From Nitrososphaeraceae archaeon (GTDB lineage Archaea > Thermoproteota > Nitrososphaeria > Nitrososphaerales > Nitrososphaeraceae), in assembly GCA_036769505.1 (NCBI GenBank), contig DAIPKY010000002.1:22235-86234 (forward strand): a DNA stretch of 64,000 bases, written 5' to 3'. The notes under the pieces were generated by a model. That model saw nothing but the letters and a program-made list of their open reading frames with translations, had not been told where the DNA came from and did not search any database. This document shows, piece by piece, positions 40,963-50,791 of the stretch. A program made the translations under genes and the position numbers. How positions within the stretch are numbered: the stretch's first letter is position 1; every line of letters begins with the position of its first letter.

Positions 40963-41850
40963 GTGGACATAAAATCATATATTGAAGTTTCAAAACCTCG
41001 TATTGTAGTCGTTTTGGTTATAACAGCAATAACCTCTATGCTCGGCGCAACTAGGTTTGACAGTTCCCCATCTATTCCTTGGGATGTATCTTTCTGGCAA
41101 CTTGGTTTTTTACTTCTAGCAGGAGCACTTGCCTCCATGGGTTCTAGTGCATTAAATCATTACTATGACAGGGATATAGATAGATTGATGGTGCGAACTA
41201 CTAAAAGACCAATTCCAGCTAATAAATTATCGGTAAATACCGTTCTAATTTATGGTCTGTCTCTGAGTATAATCTCTGTTATAATTGCCTGGTTAACATT
41301 AAATCCTGTCGCTACATTTATGATTGCTTTGGGAATATTTTTCTATGTAATAATTTATACTGTTTGGCTTAAAAGGTCAACCGCATTTAATATTGTGATA
41401 GGAGGATTCGCTGGAAGTGCGGCATCAATGGCAGGATGGGCAACTACAACTGGTACGATTGATTTAACTGGGTTCTTAGTGGGTTGGCTAGTCTTTATGT
41501 GGACCCCTCCTCACTTTTGGTGTTTAGCTATAAAAACAAGAGAAGAGTATGCAAGTGTCAACGTTCCCATGTTACCTGTTTTAATAGGGAATCAAAGGAC
41601 TGCTAAATATATCTTCATTAATACTGCTATATTGCTTCCATTTTCTCTTTCCTTGTACTTTTTTGGTTTAGGTCTTTTATATACTGCCATAGCCTTAGTT
41701 TCGGGTAGTCTAATGCTAATTTATCATTATAAATTAACTAAGAATCCCACTCCAGAATTTGCGTGGAAAGCATACAAAGTAACTGCTCCCTATCTTGTTA
41801 TAATATTTATTGCAGTTGCAGTTGATGCACTTTTATACTATAGAATTTAA
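40963..41850 (+). CDS. ctaB: protoheme IX prenyltransferase (heme o synthase)
   Basis: KPRIV, DRDIDRLMVRTTKRP, YTVWLKR, NIVIGG, WTPPHFW. Confidence 0.93.
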   Translation: MDIKSYIEVSKPRIVVVLVITAITSMLGATRFDSSPSIPWDVSFWQLGFLLLAGALASMGSSALNHYYDRDIDRLMVRTTKRPIPANKLSVNTVLIYGLSLSIISVIIAWLTLNPVATFMIALGIFFYVIIYTVWLKRSTAFNIVIGGFAGSAASMAGWATTTGTIDLTGFLVGWLVFMWTPPHFWCLAIKTREEYASVNVPMLPVLIGNQRTAKYIFINTAILLPFSLSLYFFGLGLLYTAIALVSGSLMLIYHYKLTKNPTPEFAWKAYKVTAPYLVIIFIAVAVDALLYYRI

Positions 41851-41891
41851 AGAAGAGTGATCAGATCTTCCATTTCCATCTGTACTTTTCA

Positions 41892-42101
41892 TTATTTTAT
41901 CAATTCTATCCTTTTCTTATCTTTGGCGATCCAAGAAACTTTTAAAAGACCATATATTTCGAGGTCTAGTAATATCTTATTTATTTCCGGAAGATCCAAT
42001 TCTATTCCATCTTTGGCAAGGACTGAACTTAATTCTGAATCAGTTAAGGTGTTAGATTGTTTTATTTTTTCATAAACAATATTTCTAATAGGATATCTCA
42101 T
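41892..42101 (-). CDS. small winged-helix protein
   Basis: INKILLDLEIYGLLKVSW pattern; downstream of EF-1beta. Confidence 0.65.
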   Translation of the reverse strand: MRYPIRNIVYEKIKQSNTLTDSELSSVLAKDGIELDLPEINKILLDLEIYGLLKVSWIAKDKKRIELIK

Positions 42102-42158
42102 AAACTACTTAAAATAGGCCTTCTCAATTATATTAAAATATCTAGGCATAATAATTGG

Positions 42159-42440
42159 TTATTTGATTTTTACTGATTTTCTACTTATATTCATAATTTG
42201 AATTTCGCTAACACCTTGAGTTTTTTTTATATATTCTTCTAGCGAATCCATTTGTCCCTCTGCGTCATTCAAACTAAAATCACATATCAAAGAATTAAGT
42301 CCAAAAGCAATAGGTTCTTTTCCATATCTTTCTAAACCCATTTCATTTGGGATGTTGGACTTTAATTTGGAAATTACTTCATCCAGATCTGTGTCAGCTT
42401 CTGATGGAAGAATCTTAATTCGAGCTATTAGCCGTGACAT
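42159..42440 (-). CDS. elongation factor 1-beta
   Basis: IKILP, EPIAFGL; true start likely ATG 42440 (MSRLIAR). Confidence 0.9.
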   Translation of the reverse strand: MSRLIARIKILPSEADTDLDEVISKLKSNIPNEMGLERYGKEPIAFGLNSLICDFSLNDAEGQMDSLEEYIKKTQGVSEIQIMNISRKSVKIK

Positions 42441-42441
42441 T

Positions 42442-42618
42442 TTAAGGGCCTTCGAAACTACAGTTAACACATTTATAAAGTCTAGCAAATTCTCTACAGC
42501 TTTGACATCTCCACAGTAATACATACCCACAATTTGGACAATAAAATTTCACACATTCATCATTTGGCATAATAGGTCTATTACATGATGAACAGACAGG
42601 CAATTGCAATGTTGACAT
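42442..42618 (-). CDS. Zn-ribbon protein (DUF1610 type), not in ORF track
   Basis: Manual translation MSTLQLPVCSSCNRPIMPNDECVKFYCPNCGYVLLWRCQSCREFARLYKCVNCSFEGP*; usual archaeal position upstream of EF-1beta. Confidence 0.9.
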   Translation of the reverse strand: MSTLQLPVCSSCNRPIMPNDECVKFYCPNCGYVLLWRCQSCREFARLYKCVNCSFEGP

Positions 42619-42656
42619 TTTAATTATATTGGAAAAACACCGAATTTATATTTTGC

Positions 42657-43820
42657 TTAATGTAGCAGATGCCTAAATTCATTTCCTAACAAAGTACTTA
42701 TTAATTTAATAGCTTTTTTTGATCCTAATATCTTTGATAAAGCAAAGCTATGAAAATCAAAATTAGCAGATCTTGAAATATCTAAAATATCAGAATCAGA
42801 AATAATAGAAAAAACGGCATCGATTGACTTGTTGTCTAGCCTTTCCATGATCTTTCTAAAAAAAATCATTTGTTGGAACTCTTTACCAAATATTGAAAAC
42901 CAATCTCTCTCATAATCATTCAATAATGAATTAAAAATTCTTTTTTTATAGCGTGCAATATTTTTTCCAGCCAAAATACCGCCCATTCCGCAGGAAAAAA
43001 TACCTCCAGCAGTAGTAGGTTTTGTTTGACCTGCTGCATCACCAATAATTATTTTATTATCATATACAAATTTTTTTAATGGTCCTCCTATCCAAACTGG
43101 CGCATAAATTTTCCTTATGATAGAATATTTAGAACCGAAACTTTCGATAAATGAGTCCAAAGTTTCTAATGTATTTATTTTCCTTCCGGCTACTCCGAAC
43201 TTGCCTTTGCCATTTCCGCTAGGGATTATCCATGCAAAGAAATCAGGGTATTTTTCTTTATCAAGTTTTACTAATATCTCATCTGGACTTATCCAATCTG
43301 CATAAATTTCATATTGTGCGGATTGCAAAACACCTTCTCGATTATGATTATTGATAAGAGAAGTAATGCCCCTTGCATCAATAAAAAACTGAGAATAATA
43401 AACATTATCTTTAGTTTTGATTACGAACTCTTTTTTGGATTTATCATAATTTACTGACATTACTAGGCTCCTTGTTCTTATTTCACTTCCGAATTTCTGA
43501 GCCTGAAATGCGACTTGTTTGTCAAGTTCTCGTCTGTCTAATACGATTATTTCTCCTCTATTTGTACAGACTTCAAATCCTTTAGTAGAGGAAACAATTT
43601 TTGCTTTATTTACTTCATTTAAAATTGCCTTACTTGATGGAATTATTCCTAACTTTTTTAATCCCTCAAGACTAACTAAACCCCCACAATGCTCTGGAGT
43701 ACCAATTTCATAATCTTCTTCTAATACAGCAACAGAAAGACCAGACCTGGAAATTTCTCTAGCGCATAATAATCCTGAAATGCTTCCACCTACAACAATG
43801 GAATCAAATTTTTTTTCCAT
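42657..43820 (-). CDS. geranylgeranyl reductase-family FAD oxidoreductase
   Basis: VVGGSISG, PEHCGG, DRRELD, AWIIP, GDAAGQTKPTTAGGI. Confidence 0.85.
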   Translation of the reverse strand: MEKKFDSIVVGGSISGLLCAREISRSGLSVAVLEEDYEIGTPEHCGGLVSLEGLKKLGIIPSSKAILNEVNKAKIVSSTKGFEVCTNRGEIIVLDRRELDKQVAFQAQKFGSEIRTRSLVMSVNYDKSKKEFVIKTKDNVYYSQFFIDARGITSLINNHNREGVLQSAQYEIYADWISPDEILVKLDKEKYPDFFAWIIPSGNGKGKFGVAGRKINTLETLDSFIESFGSKYSIIRKIYAPVWIGGPLKKFVYDNKIIIGDAAGQTKPTTAGGIFSCGMGGILAGKNIARYKKRIFNSLLNDYERDWFSIFGKEFQQMIFFRKIMERLDNKSIDAVFSIISDSDILDISRSANFDFHSFALSKILGSKKAIKLISTLLGNEFRHLLH

Positions 43821-43866
43821 GATATTATAAAATTACTTTAATATTAATAATTAAAATGTATTTTTC

Positions 43867-44220
43867 ATGGAATTAAAACAAGTCATAATAGTGAGAAAAG
43901 ATTTGAAAATGGGAAGTGGAAAATTAGCTGCCCAAGTCGCCCATGCTGCAATATTAGCAAGTGAAAAAGCCAGAAATAAAAATTTTGAATGGTTTAAGGA
44001 ATGGTTTAATGTGGGTCAACCAAAAATAATTTTAAAAGTTAATTCAATAAAGGAATTAGAGACAATTCATAAGCTAGGTCAATTTAGTAACCTAGCAACT
44101 GCTATTGTTATAGATGCTGGATTAACTCAACTTGACGCAGGGACTGCTACTTGTGTTGGAATTGGCCCTGCACCAAATCATTTAATAGACAAAATTACAG
44201 GCGGCTTAAAATTACTTTAA
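43867..44220 (+). CDS. pth2: peptidyl-tRNA hydrolase 2
   Basis: RKDLKMGSGKLAAQVAHA, GQPKI, DAGLTQ, GIGP. Confidence 0.95.
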   Translation: MELKQVIIVRKDLKMGSGKLAAQVAHAAILASEKARNKNFEWFKEWFNVGQPKIILKVNSIKELETIHKLGQFSNLATAIVIDAGLTQLDAGTATCVGIGPAPNHLIDKITGGLKLL

Positions 44221-44413
44221 TAATCATTTGACAGGATTTAAACCTCATAGTTAAAGGTAGGTAAAAAATATAATAGATCATATTATTATCCAAACAAGAA
44301 TAACAAATATTATTACTGTTCTAACGATTTTGAAATCAACTGCTCATCCTTTAGTTAAAAATTATTAACAGAAATATTTAATTTCCTTCTTTCCTCATTA
44401 ATTTTAATACTAT

Positions 44414-44785
44414 TTGCGCAAGAGAAAAAAAAATTCTATTCATAATACCCAAATTACATTAGATGAAGTTATAATTAAAAAGTTCGAAGAAAAGATAGAA
44501 AAAGTGCTTTTAATTAGCAATAAGAATAATCATCCTGTTGTTTTGTATAGAAGAACGATAGAGGAGAACGAAGTAAGTATTGAGGAAGAAATAGCCAGTG
44601 TATCGGAGAAGTACGTAGTAGTTCAGATTTTTACTCATGGTGGATATCTACCTGTCTTATTTCGAGAACAACATATCTTTACTCCTGCGGAATTTCCTTA
44701 TTGGATTATAAAGAGAAGTAAAAGTATGGTATTACATTGTTTGGAAAATATTGATGAATTTATAAATAATTGTAATAACGAATAA
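44414..44785 (+). CDS. hypothetical protein
   Basis: 123-aa ORF with no conflicting gene; start uncertain. Confidence 0.55.
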   Translation: MRKRKKNSIHNTQITLDEVIIKKFEEKIEKVLLISNKNNHPVVLYRRTIEENEVSIEEEIASVSEKYVVVQIFTHGGYLPVLFREQHIFTPAEFPYWIIKRSKSMVLHCLENIDEFINNCNNE

Positions 44786-44867
44786 TTTACTAATTTAATC
44801 AAAAAGACGCTCTATATTCCATTTATATAATTGTTCTTATAATTTTCTACTATGAGTTTTCAACTTT

Positions 44868-46052
44868 TTATTCTAGTATAAACAATCCAGGCATCTTATC
44901 CCCTGCAAGATATCTCAATGTAGCTCCTCCACCAGTAGATACATGACTTACCTCTTTTTCAGAGACACCTGCTTTTTTCATTCCTTCCATAGTATCCCCT
45001 CCCCCAATCAGAGTTGTGGATCCTCTCCAATATGCAAGTGCCATACTCTTAGCAATATTTATAGTTCCTTCTGAAAAAACATCCTTTTCAAAGAATCCCA
45101 TTGGTCCATTCCAAAAGATTGTGCCTTTTCTCGTCGAAGAAAGTTGAGAAGAAAAATTTTGTATAGTCTCTTTTCCAATATCAAATCCGCTCATCCCATC
45201 AGGAATGTTTTCCTTAGAGTAAATAGGAGAAGAGTTTTCTGGATTTGATGATACGAGATGATCAGTAGGTAAAAGAATTTTTTCACCATATCTCTCTAAG
45301 GAAAGCTCTACCCATTTGAGGTAGTCATAATCAATAATAGAATTTCCAATTTTAAATCCTTTGGATTTTAAAAAAGTATAGGCAGCAGCCCCACCTATCA
45401 ACACTTTATCTGCTTTTGGTAATAAATTTTCTAAAGCACCAATTTTGTCTTTAATCTTTACACCTCCAATAACTATTATAAACGGACGCATAGGATTTTC
45501 CTTTATCATGGTCAAATATTCTATTTCCTTTTTTAAATTAAATCCTCCTAATTTAGTATTAAAGAGTGTAGCTGCTCCATAAGTTGAAGAATGTTTTCTA
45601 TGAGAAGTACTAAATGCATCATTGATATATATATCAGCGAGAGAGGCAAGTTTCTTGGAGAATTCTGGATCATTAAGTTCTTCTTCTTTATAAAAACGCA
45701 GATTCTCTAATAATAAAACACCATCACATGGAAGGCTTTTAATTTTGTTTTCAACTTCCGCCCCTATAGAATTATTGACAAAGCTCACTTGTGTTTTCGA
45801 AAGCATTGATGATAATCTCTGTGCGACAGGTTTTAGCGAATAATTATTTTGATGGTTTATAGGCCGCCCCAAATGAGATGCCAAAATAACTTTGCAGTTT
45901 CTTTTAGTAAGATATTCTATGGTAGGAAGTGACATTCGAATTCTGTAATCTTCACCGATATGACCATTTTGTATGCTTACATTAAAATCAACCCTTACAA
46001 AGGCTATTTTTCCTTCATATTCTTTAGCATCTAAATCCGGAAGAAATCTCAT
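44868..46052 (-). CDS. pgk: phosphoglycerate kinase (bacterial-like signatures)
   Basis: RVDFNV, SHLGRP, LENLRF, NDAF, WNGPMG, GGGDT, HVSTGGGA; start at ATG 46052 inferred. Confidence 0.93.
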   Translation of the reverse strand: MRFLPDLDAKEYEGKIAFVRVDFNVSIQNGHIGEDYRIRMSLPTIEYLTKRNCKVILASHLGRPINHQNNYSLKPVAQRLSSMLSKTQVSFVNNSIGAEVENKIKSLPCDGVLLLENLRFYKEEELNDPEFSKKLASLADIYINDAFSTSHRKHSSTYGAATLFNTKLGGFNLKKEIEYLTMIKENPMRPFIIVIGGVKIKDKIGALENLLPKADKVLIGGAAAYTFLKSKGFKIGNSIIDYDYLKWVELSLERYGEKILLPTDHLVSSNPENSSPIYSKENIPDGMSGFDIGKETIQNFSSQLSSTRKGTIFWNGPMGFFEKDVFSEGTINIAKSMALAYWRGSTTLIGGGDTMEGMKKAGVSEKEVSHVSTGGGATLRYLAGDKMPGLFILE

Positions 46053-46489
46053 ATTACTTACATATGAAAAACAAATCTCATACAATAAAGGTTATGATAG
46101 TTAAAGTACTGTTAAATACCAAGTAAAAAAAACCTTCAACTATATAATTAAGTTTTTATCCAAAAATTATACTATGAAAAAGTATTCGAGTTACATTTTT
46201 ATGAAAATTATTTAAGGGCAAATAAAGTTTATCTTTACCCAAATATATACAAATCTTCTTTCGGATAAAAAATTAATTTATTACAAGTAAATATCTTGAA
46301 GTATTCAAAATAAGTATTAAGGAATTTTTATTTTTTTACCATGAAACAGTCACTTAGATAAAATTGTATGAAGGATATATATATATTAATTTTTTCACAC
46401 TCAAATATAGTGGTTAAAGATATACGCATATAAATAATAAAATAATAAAGATACGAGATAATAGTTTATAAAAATTTAAATCTACTAGT

Positions 46490-46984
46490 TTATTTTAATT
46501 TCGTTATACGAATTTCGGTTGGACATCCTATTTTGCTAGATGCTATTTTAAAACCTTCTTTTGCTAATGAAAGATTATCTAACAGAACGTAGGCTTCAAT
46601 AATAGATTGGCCAGGTTTAAGACGTGCTGCTAAGCCTGTAGCTTTACCAAAAGCCCTTCTCATTCCTTCCTGAAGTCGGTCTGCACCAGCTGTAGCAATC
46701 ATCTTATTTTCTCGAAGAAGAACATGTGGGTATACCTTTAATTTGGAAAAGAAAGTATCTTCTCCTGCTTGTGCCATTCTTTTATTGACTGCCAATCGAG
46801 CAGCTTCTAGTGCATTGTGTCGTATTTGAATATTTTCAGTTACTAATAATTCTAACTTAAAATCATAGTCTTTGCTTGCATGTCCAGAAGAAAATTTTGC
46901 AATTTTAGATTGAGGTTTGCCTGCAATATATTCTCTTCTAACATATGGCATTCCACGGGGTTCCCTATAATTAGCACCTTTCAT
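46490..46984 (-). CDS. rpl10e: 50S ribosomal protein L10e (uL16)
   Basis: QIRHNALEAAR, LRENKM...GADRLQEGMRRAFGK. Confidence 0.96.
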   Translation of the reverse strand: MKGANYREPRGMPYVRREYIAGKPQSKIAKFSSGHASKDYDFKLELLVTENIQIRHNALEAARLAVNKRMAQAGEDTFFSKLKVYPHVLLRENKMIATAGADRLQEGMRRAFGKATGLAARLKPGQSIIEAYVLLDNLSLAKEGFKIASSKIGCPTEIRITKLK

Positions 46985-47021
46985 TTTTGAATCACGAATC
47001 TTTTTATATTTAAAATAAACT

Positions 47022-47639
47022 TTGATTTATTCGTTTACGTTGGAAGATGTGTATCTATCAAATGAGAACGATATAGAATTTGCGTTTGTAATAGACGGTA
47101 TAATAGATCGAAACGGGGTAATACTGATTGATTCGGTTAAACAACAAGACCAATTAAGAAGTAAAGGATATGGAGAAAAAATTAAAGATATGTATATACT
47201 GGAAAATTATGAAGCCCTTTTTCTGTTGTACTCTAAAAGATTAGTTCTTACAAAACAAAAGTCTACACTAGATTTCTCAACTTTTCTTCAAACATTATTG
47301 AAAAATGATCTCTCTATTTTTACAAAATTTTTGATATTTAGGGATCTTCGGACACGTGGTTATATTGCAAAGGAAGGTTTCGGTTTTGGAGATGATTTTC
47401 GGGTGTATGAAAGAGGCGAATATTCCAGAAAAGCTGCAAAATATGTGATTTTTGGTATAAATGAGGGTATAAGTGTAAAAGCAAATATATTATTTGAAAA
47501 TATTCGCTCCATAGAGAAAATGGGTAAAGAAGCAATTATAGCTGTAATTGAGAGAAGAGGTGAAATTATTTATTATAAGGTCAGTCGAAAGAAATTTTCG
47601 CCAAATACCAAATTCCTACCACAGCAAAAAATAACATAA
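47022..47639 (+). CDS. endA: tRNA-splicing endonuclease subunit, likely structural (beta)
   Basis: EALFL, FRDLRTRGY, GFGFGDDFRVY, IIYY; catalytic Tyr/His not evident. Confidence 0.8.
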   Translation: MIYSFTLEDVYLSNENDIEFAFVIDGIIDRNGVILIDSVKQQDQLRSKGYGEKIKDMYILENYEALFLLYSKRLVLTKQKSTLDFSTFLQTLLKNDLSIFTKFLIFRDLRTRGYIAKEGFGFGDDFRVYERGEYSRKAAKYVIFGINEGISVKANILFENIRSIEKMGKEAIIAVIERRGEIIYYKVSRKKFSPNTKFLPQQKIT

Positions 47640-47783
47640 TAGCCATAGCTGTTAGGATAAATTTATTTATCCAGCACCTTCAACAAGAATGCTATAAAAA
47701 TAATGATGTCTTTGATAGTCCCCCTATTATCATGGAAACATGTAAAATGAAGAGAATACCGGACTACTGAATTTTATAGAAAG

Positions 47784-47859
47784 TGCTCCGACCGGGATTT
47801 GAACCCGGGATCGTCGCCTTGAGAGGGCGAAATGCTTAACCGGACTACACCATCGGAGC
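47784..47859 (-). tRNA. tRNA-Glu(CTC)
   Basis: GCTCCGA/TCGGAGC acceptor, TCGCC-CTCTCAA-GGCGA, CCGGG-TTCAAAT-CCCGG. Confidence 0.93.
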
Positions 47860-48002
47860 TCATTAAGTTTATAAATTTATTGTTATAAAAATTGTATTAT
47901 TAAATATGACATTAACAAAAGAAGACCATAGTATGCACCCAAAAATACTTTATTTAATTAAGTGCACAAATTTATTTAAATTTTAGTTGAAAGAGCCCTC
48001 AG

Positions 48003-48245
48003 CTATGCAGTAATAATTGGAGCTGTTAATGGTTCTATTATTTTTTTAGTTCTCGCACGTAATTTAGCTTTATATTTTAAATTACGTGGTTTTGTTCTTA
48101 ATCTATATCCGCAACATGGGCACCATAATCCATCCCATTTTATAAATATTTCACATATTTGACAACGTTTTTGACCACTAGCATATCTCCCAGATCCCAC
48201 AGGTTTTTGTGCTTTATGTCTTACGCAAATACCTTTACAAGTCAT
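48003..48245 (-). CDS. small basic Zn-ribbon protein
   Basis: CKGIC, CQIC, CPCCG. Confidence 0.8.
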   Translation of the reverse strand: MTCKGICVRHKAQKPVGSGRYASGQKRCQICEIFIKWDGLWCPCCGYRLRTKPRNLKYKAKLRARTKKIIEPLTAPIITA

Positions 48246-48353
48246 AGTATTTATATGCCCAAAACTACTATTTAAAGATGAGTAATGCTCATTTATGATT
48301 CTTAAATAAATTTAAAATACTTAAATTATAAAAAAAATAATCTTTTGGATACT

Positions 48354-48608
48354 CTATTTAATTGAGATATTTTTTACTTCAAAAGCCTCATTCATTGAAA
48401 GATATTCTTCTATCTTCATTTTGACATCATCAGATTCAGTATCTTCCATCCCAGATAATCCAGCTTTGAAAGAAATATTATTTCCAGAAACTTTAACATC
48501 CTCAATTTCCATGTCAGCATAAACATTCGCTAATTCTGCCACCCAATCCTGGGCTTCTTGTTGATCTATTCCATTTGTATCAATATTTACATTAAGCATT
48601 TTTGTCAT
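48354..48608 (-). CDS. small acidic hypothetical protein
   Basis: 84-aa ORF with AGGTG upstream. Confidence 0.75.
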   Translation of the reverse strand: MTKMLNVNIDTNGIDQQEAQDWVAELANVYADMEIEDVKVSGNNISFKAGLSGMEDTESDDVKMKIEEYLSMNEAFEVKNISIK

Positions 48609-48689
48609 TCAAAGACACCTAACCTTGATAATAAAAAGACATTAATAAATTTGCCTAAATTTTAACAGCAATAAATATTAGTTTGGAGG

Positions 48690-48854
48690 TTATTCAGCTT
48701 CTTCAAATCTCCAGTGTTTTATTAACTCTTTATCGAATTTAGATATTTGTTCTTCATTTAATGAATCTCCACAATTTTTATGAGTTGGTACCACAGTCAT
48801 TCCTGCTAATTTGAATTCAACTTCATAAAAATGAACAGAAGGGCAATTACACAT
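48690..48854 (-). CDS. putative small metal-binding protein (54 aa), not in ORF track
   Basis: Manual translation MCNCPSVHFYEVEFKLAGMTVVPTHKNCGDSLNEEQISKFDKELIKHWRFEEAE*. Confidence 0.6.
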   Translation of the reverse strand: MCNCPSVHFYEVEFKLAGMTVVPTHKNCGDSLNEEQISKFDKELIKHWRFEEAE

Positions 48855-48949
48855 TGTGAAATATGTTACAATATTATATTTATATTATTATATACAAAAT
48901 CATAATAATATAATAAACATTTATCAATCCTTTTTAAGTAATACAAGTA

Positions 48950-50014
48950 ATGACAAAAGACGAACTCGCAAAATTGCAGATATTTATTATTCCTGTCTTA
49001 CTTTCTTTTGCTATACTAGCCACTACGGACCTTTTATTTTCAAACGCGTTTGCTGTAGATGATAATTGGTATGTAGGAGAAGGTGTAACTAAAGATATGT
49101 ATGTAAAATACACAATAAGTCATTTTGATACTAATAATGGTAGAGAATTTACTATGACAATATATTTCAAGGACCAAGATAATAAAGGAAATTGGATAGC
49201 ACCGGTGTTTGTAGAAGATCAAGGCAAGGTATTAAATGGAACCTTTATACTAAGCCCGTTGGATTTAACTGCTTTAGGAACTTCTAAAATTCCTCCTGAA
49301 ATGAATAAATATAGAAGCGCTTATGCTAGTTCATTACAATGGCTAGCGGCATTTGTCGCTAAGCCTGGTCAATCGTTGAATTCAGCATCATGGGGCAAAA
49401 TAGCTTCTATTGGAGGGTCTGAGATTAAACCATCCGGCCATCAAGAATTAAACATTCCAGCATTTAAGGAACCAGTCGATACTGTAAGAGTAGAATATTA
49501 CAAAGGTGTGGCCAGCAATACATGGATTAAGAACGAGTTTCCTTACCCAGTGATGGCGAAAACCTATGTTGATGTTACAACCGGTTCTGCTCCAATCCAA
49601 TTTCAGTATTTATTACTAGAGACAGGAAAAGGTCAACCTCCCATGCCTGAAGCGTCTATAGTGGAAGTGACTCCTCCATTGACAGAGAGAACTGCCCGTG
49701 GAGACTATTATGTTACTTTAGATTGGAAACCCTCTTCAATAACTACAGGCAATGAAACCACATTCACTGTAGACATATTAGACAAAGATCAATTTCCTGT
49801 TACTCAGGCTACTTACGATCTTGTTATAATGGATTCAAACAATACTACATTGCTAGATTTGAAAAATCAGTTGGCACGAGAAGGTACCAAATCTCATAGT
49901 ATAACATTTGATCAACCGGGGATAGTAACTGTTAAAATTAAAGTGACTAGTGTCAAAGGTCAAGACACAGGAATCTTTACTGAACAAGTAGAATTTCAGG
50001 TTCCAATTAAATAG
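48950..50014 (+). CDS. secreted/surface protein with C-terminal Ig-like beta domain
   Basis: Signal peptide ending AFA, beta-rich body, Pro-rich linker, W.P....G....F...YD module. Confidence 0.75.
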   Translation: MTKDELAKLQIFIIPVLLSFAILATTDLLFSNAFAVDDNWYVGEGVTKDMYVKYTISHFDTNNGREFTMTIYFKDQDNKGNWIAPVFVEDQGKVLNGTFILSPLDLTALGTSKIPPEMNKYRSAYASSLQWLAAFVAKPGQSLNSASWGKIASIGGSEIKPSGHQELNIPAFKEPVDTVRVEYYKGVASNTWIKNEFPYPVMAKTYVDVTTGSAPIQFQYLLLETGKGQPPMPEASIVEVTPPLTERTARGDYYVTLDWKPSSITTGNETTFTVDILDKDQFPVTQATYDLVIMDSNNTTLLDLKNQLAREGTKSHSITFDQPGIVTVKIKVTSVKGQDTGIFTEQVEFQVPIK

Positions 50015-50081
50015 ATATTCATTACCTCTCTTTTTTTAGCTCAAATATCTAAGAATAGTTATTTTTGTTTAAAGAAAAAGT

Positions 50082-50774
50082 TTGTCTAGCAAGAAACGTG
50101 TTGTTGTGGTCTTTGGGTCATTAGTACTATTATCTATTATCATAAATATAGCTATAATCGCTTCAAATGGTGGATTTGATAGTCCGGCAAGATCAATTAC
50201 AATACCTAAAGAGCAAGACCTATGGTCAGCTGGAAATAAAATTCATGATGGTGACGAATACTTGTATAATTTAACGATACAAAATGGAAACAAGAACATA
50301 GACAATTATTTGATAAATATCCTCTTTCGAAATAATCCAGATTATTGGAATACTGAATTTACTATATCTAATGAAAGTAAATCAGCAAAAATTTATACCC
50401 AGTTATCAAAATCCAATTTGCTAATGAAAGAGAAACAAGTAAAAAATCAACAATATATAGATATTGTGGAATCATCAATATTACAAATAAAAGACATCGC
50501 AAGAGAACCAAAATATTTAGTAATAGGTGCAAAATGGGATTCCATTAATACTGGAATAATAAATATACCTATCAAAATTACTTCGAAAGAATATTTGCCA
50601 TCAAAAATTGGAGAATTGGAAACATTTGTTTTGAGTTATAAACTAAAAGATCTTAGCAGCAATTTTTGGATTTCAAAGAACTTGCCATTGCCTGTAAAAG
50701 CTGAAATATACAATGAAGAAGACAAATTAAAATATAAATATGATATAATAAGTTTAGATAGACACATTAAATAG
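50082..50774 (+). CDS. membrane-anchored paralogue of the N-terminal domain of 48950..50014
   Basis: N-terminal TM; WISKNLPLPVKAEIY aligns with WIKNEFPYPVMAKTY. Confidence 0.7.
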   Translation: MSSKKRVVVVFGSLVLLSIIINIAIIASNGGFDSPARSITIPKEQDLWSAGNKIHDGDEYLYNLTIQNGNKNIDNYLINILFRNNPDYWNTEFTISNESKSAKIYTQLSKSNLLMKEKQVKNQQYIDIVESSILQIKDIAREPKYLVIGAKWDSINTGIINIPIKITSKEYLPSKIGELETFVLSYKLKDLSSNFWISKNLPLPVKAEIYNEEDKLKYKYDIISLDRHIK

Positions 50775-50791
50775 GAATAGCATAGTCAAGT

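Noticed and set aside
42441..42530. N-terminal extension of EF-1beta in the ORF track
   Set aside because: It overlaps the upstream Zn-ribbon gene in another frame; the real start is likely 42440
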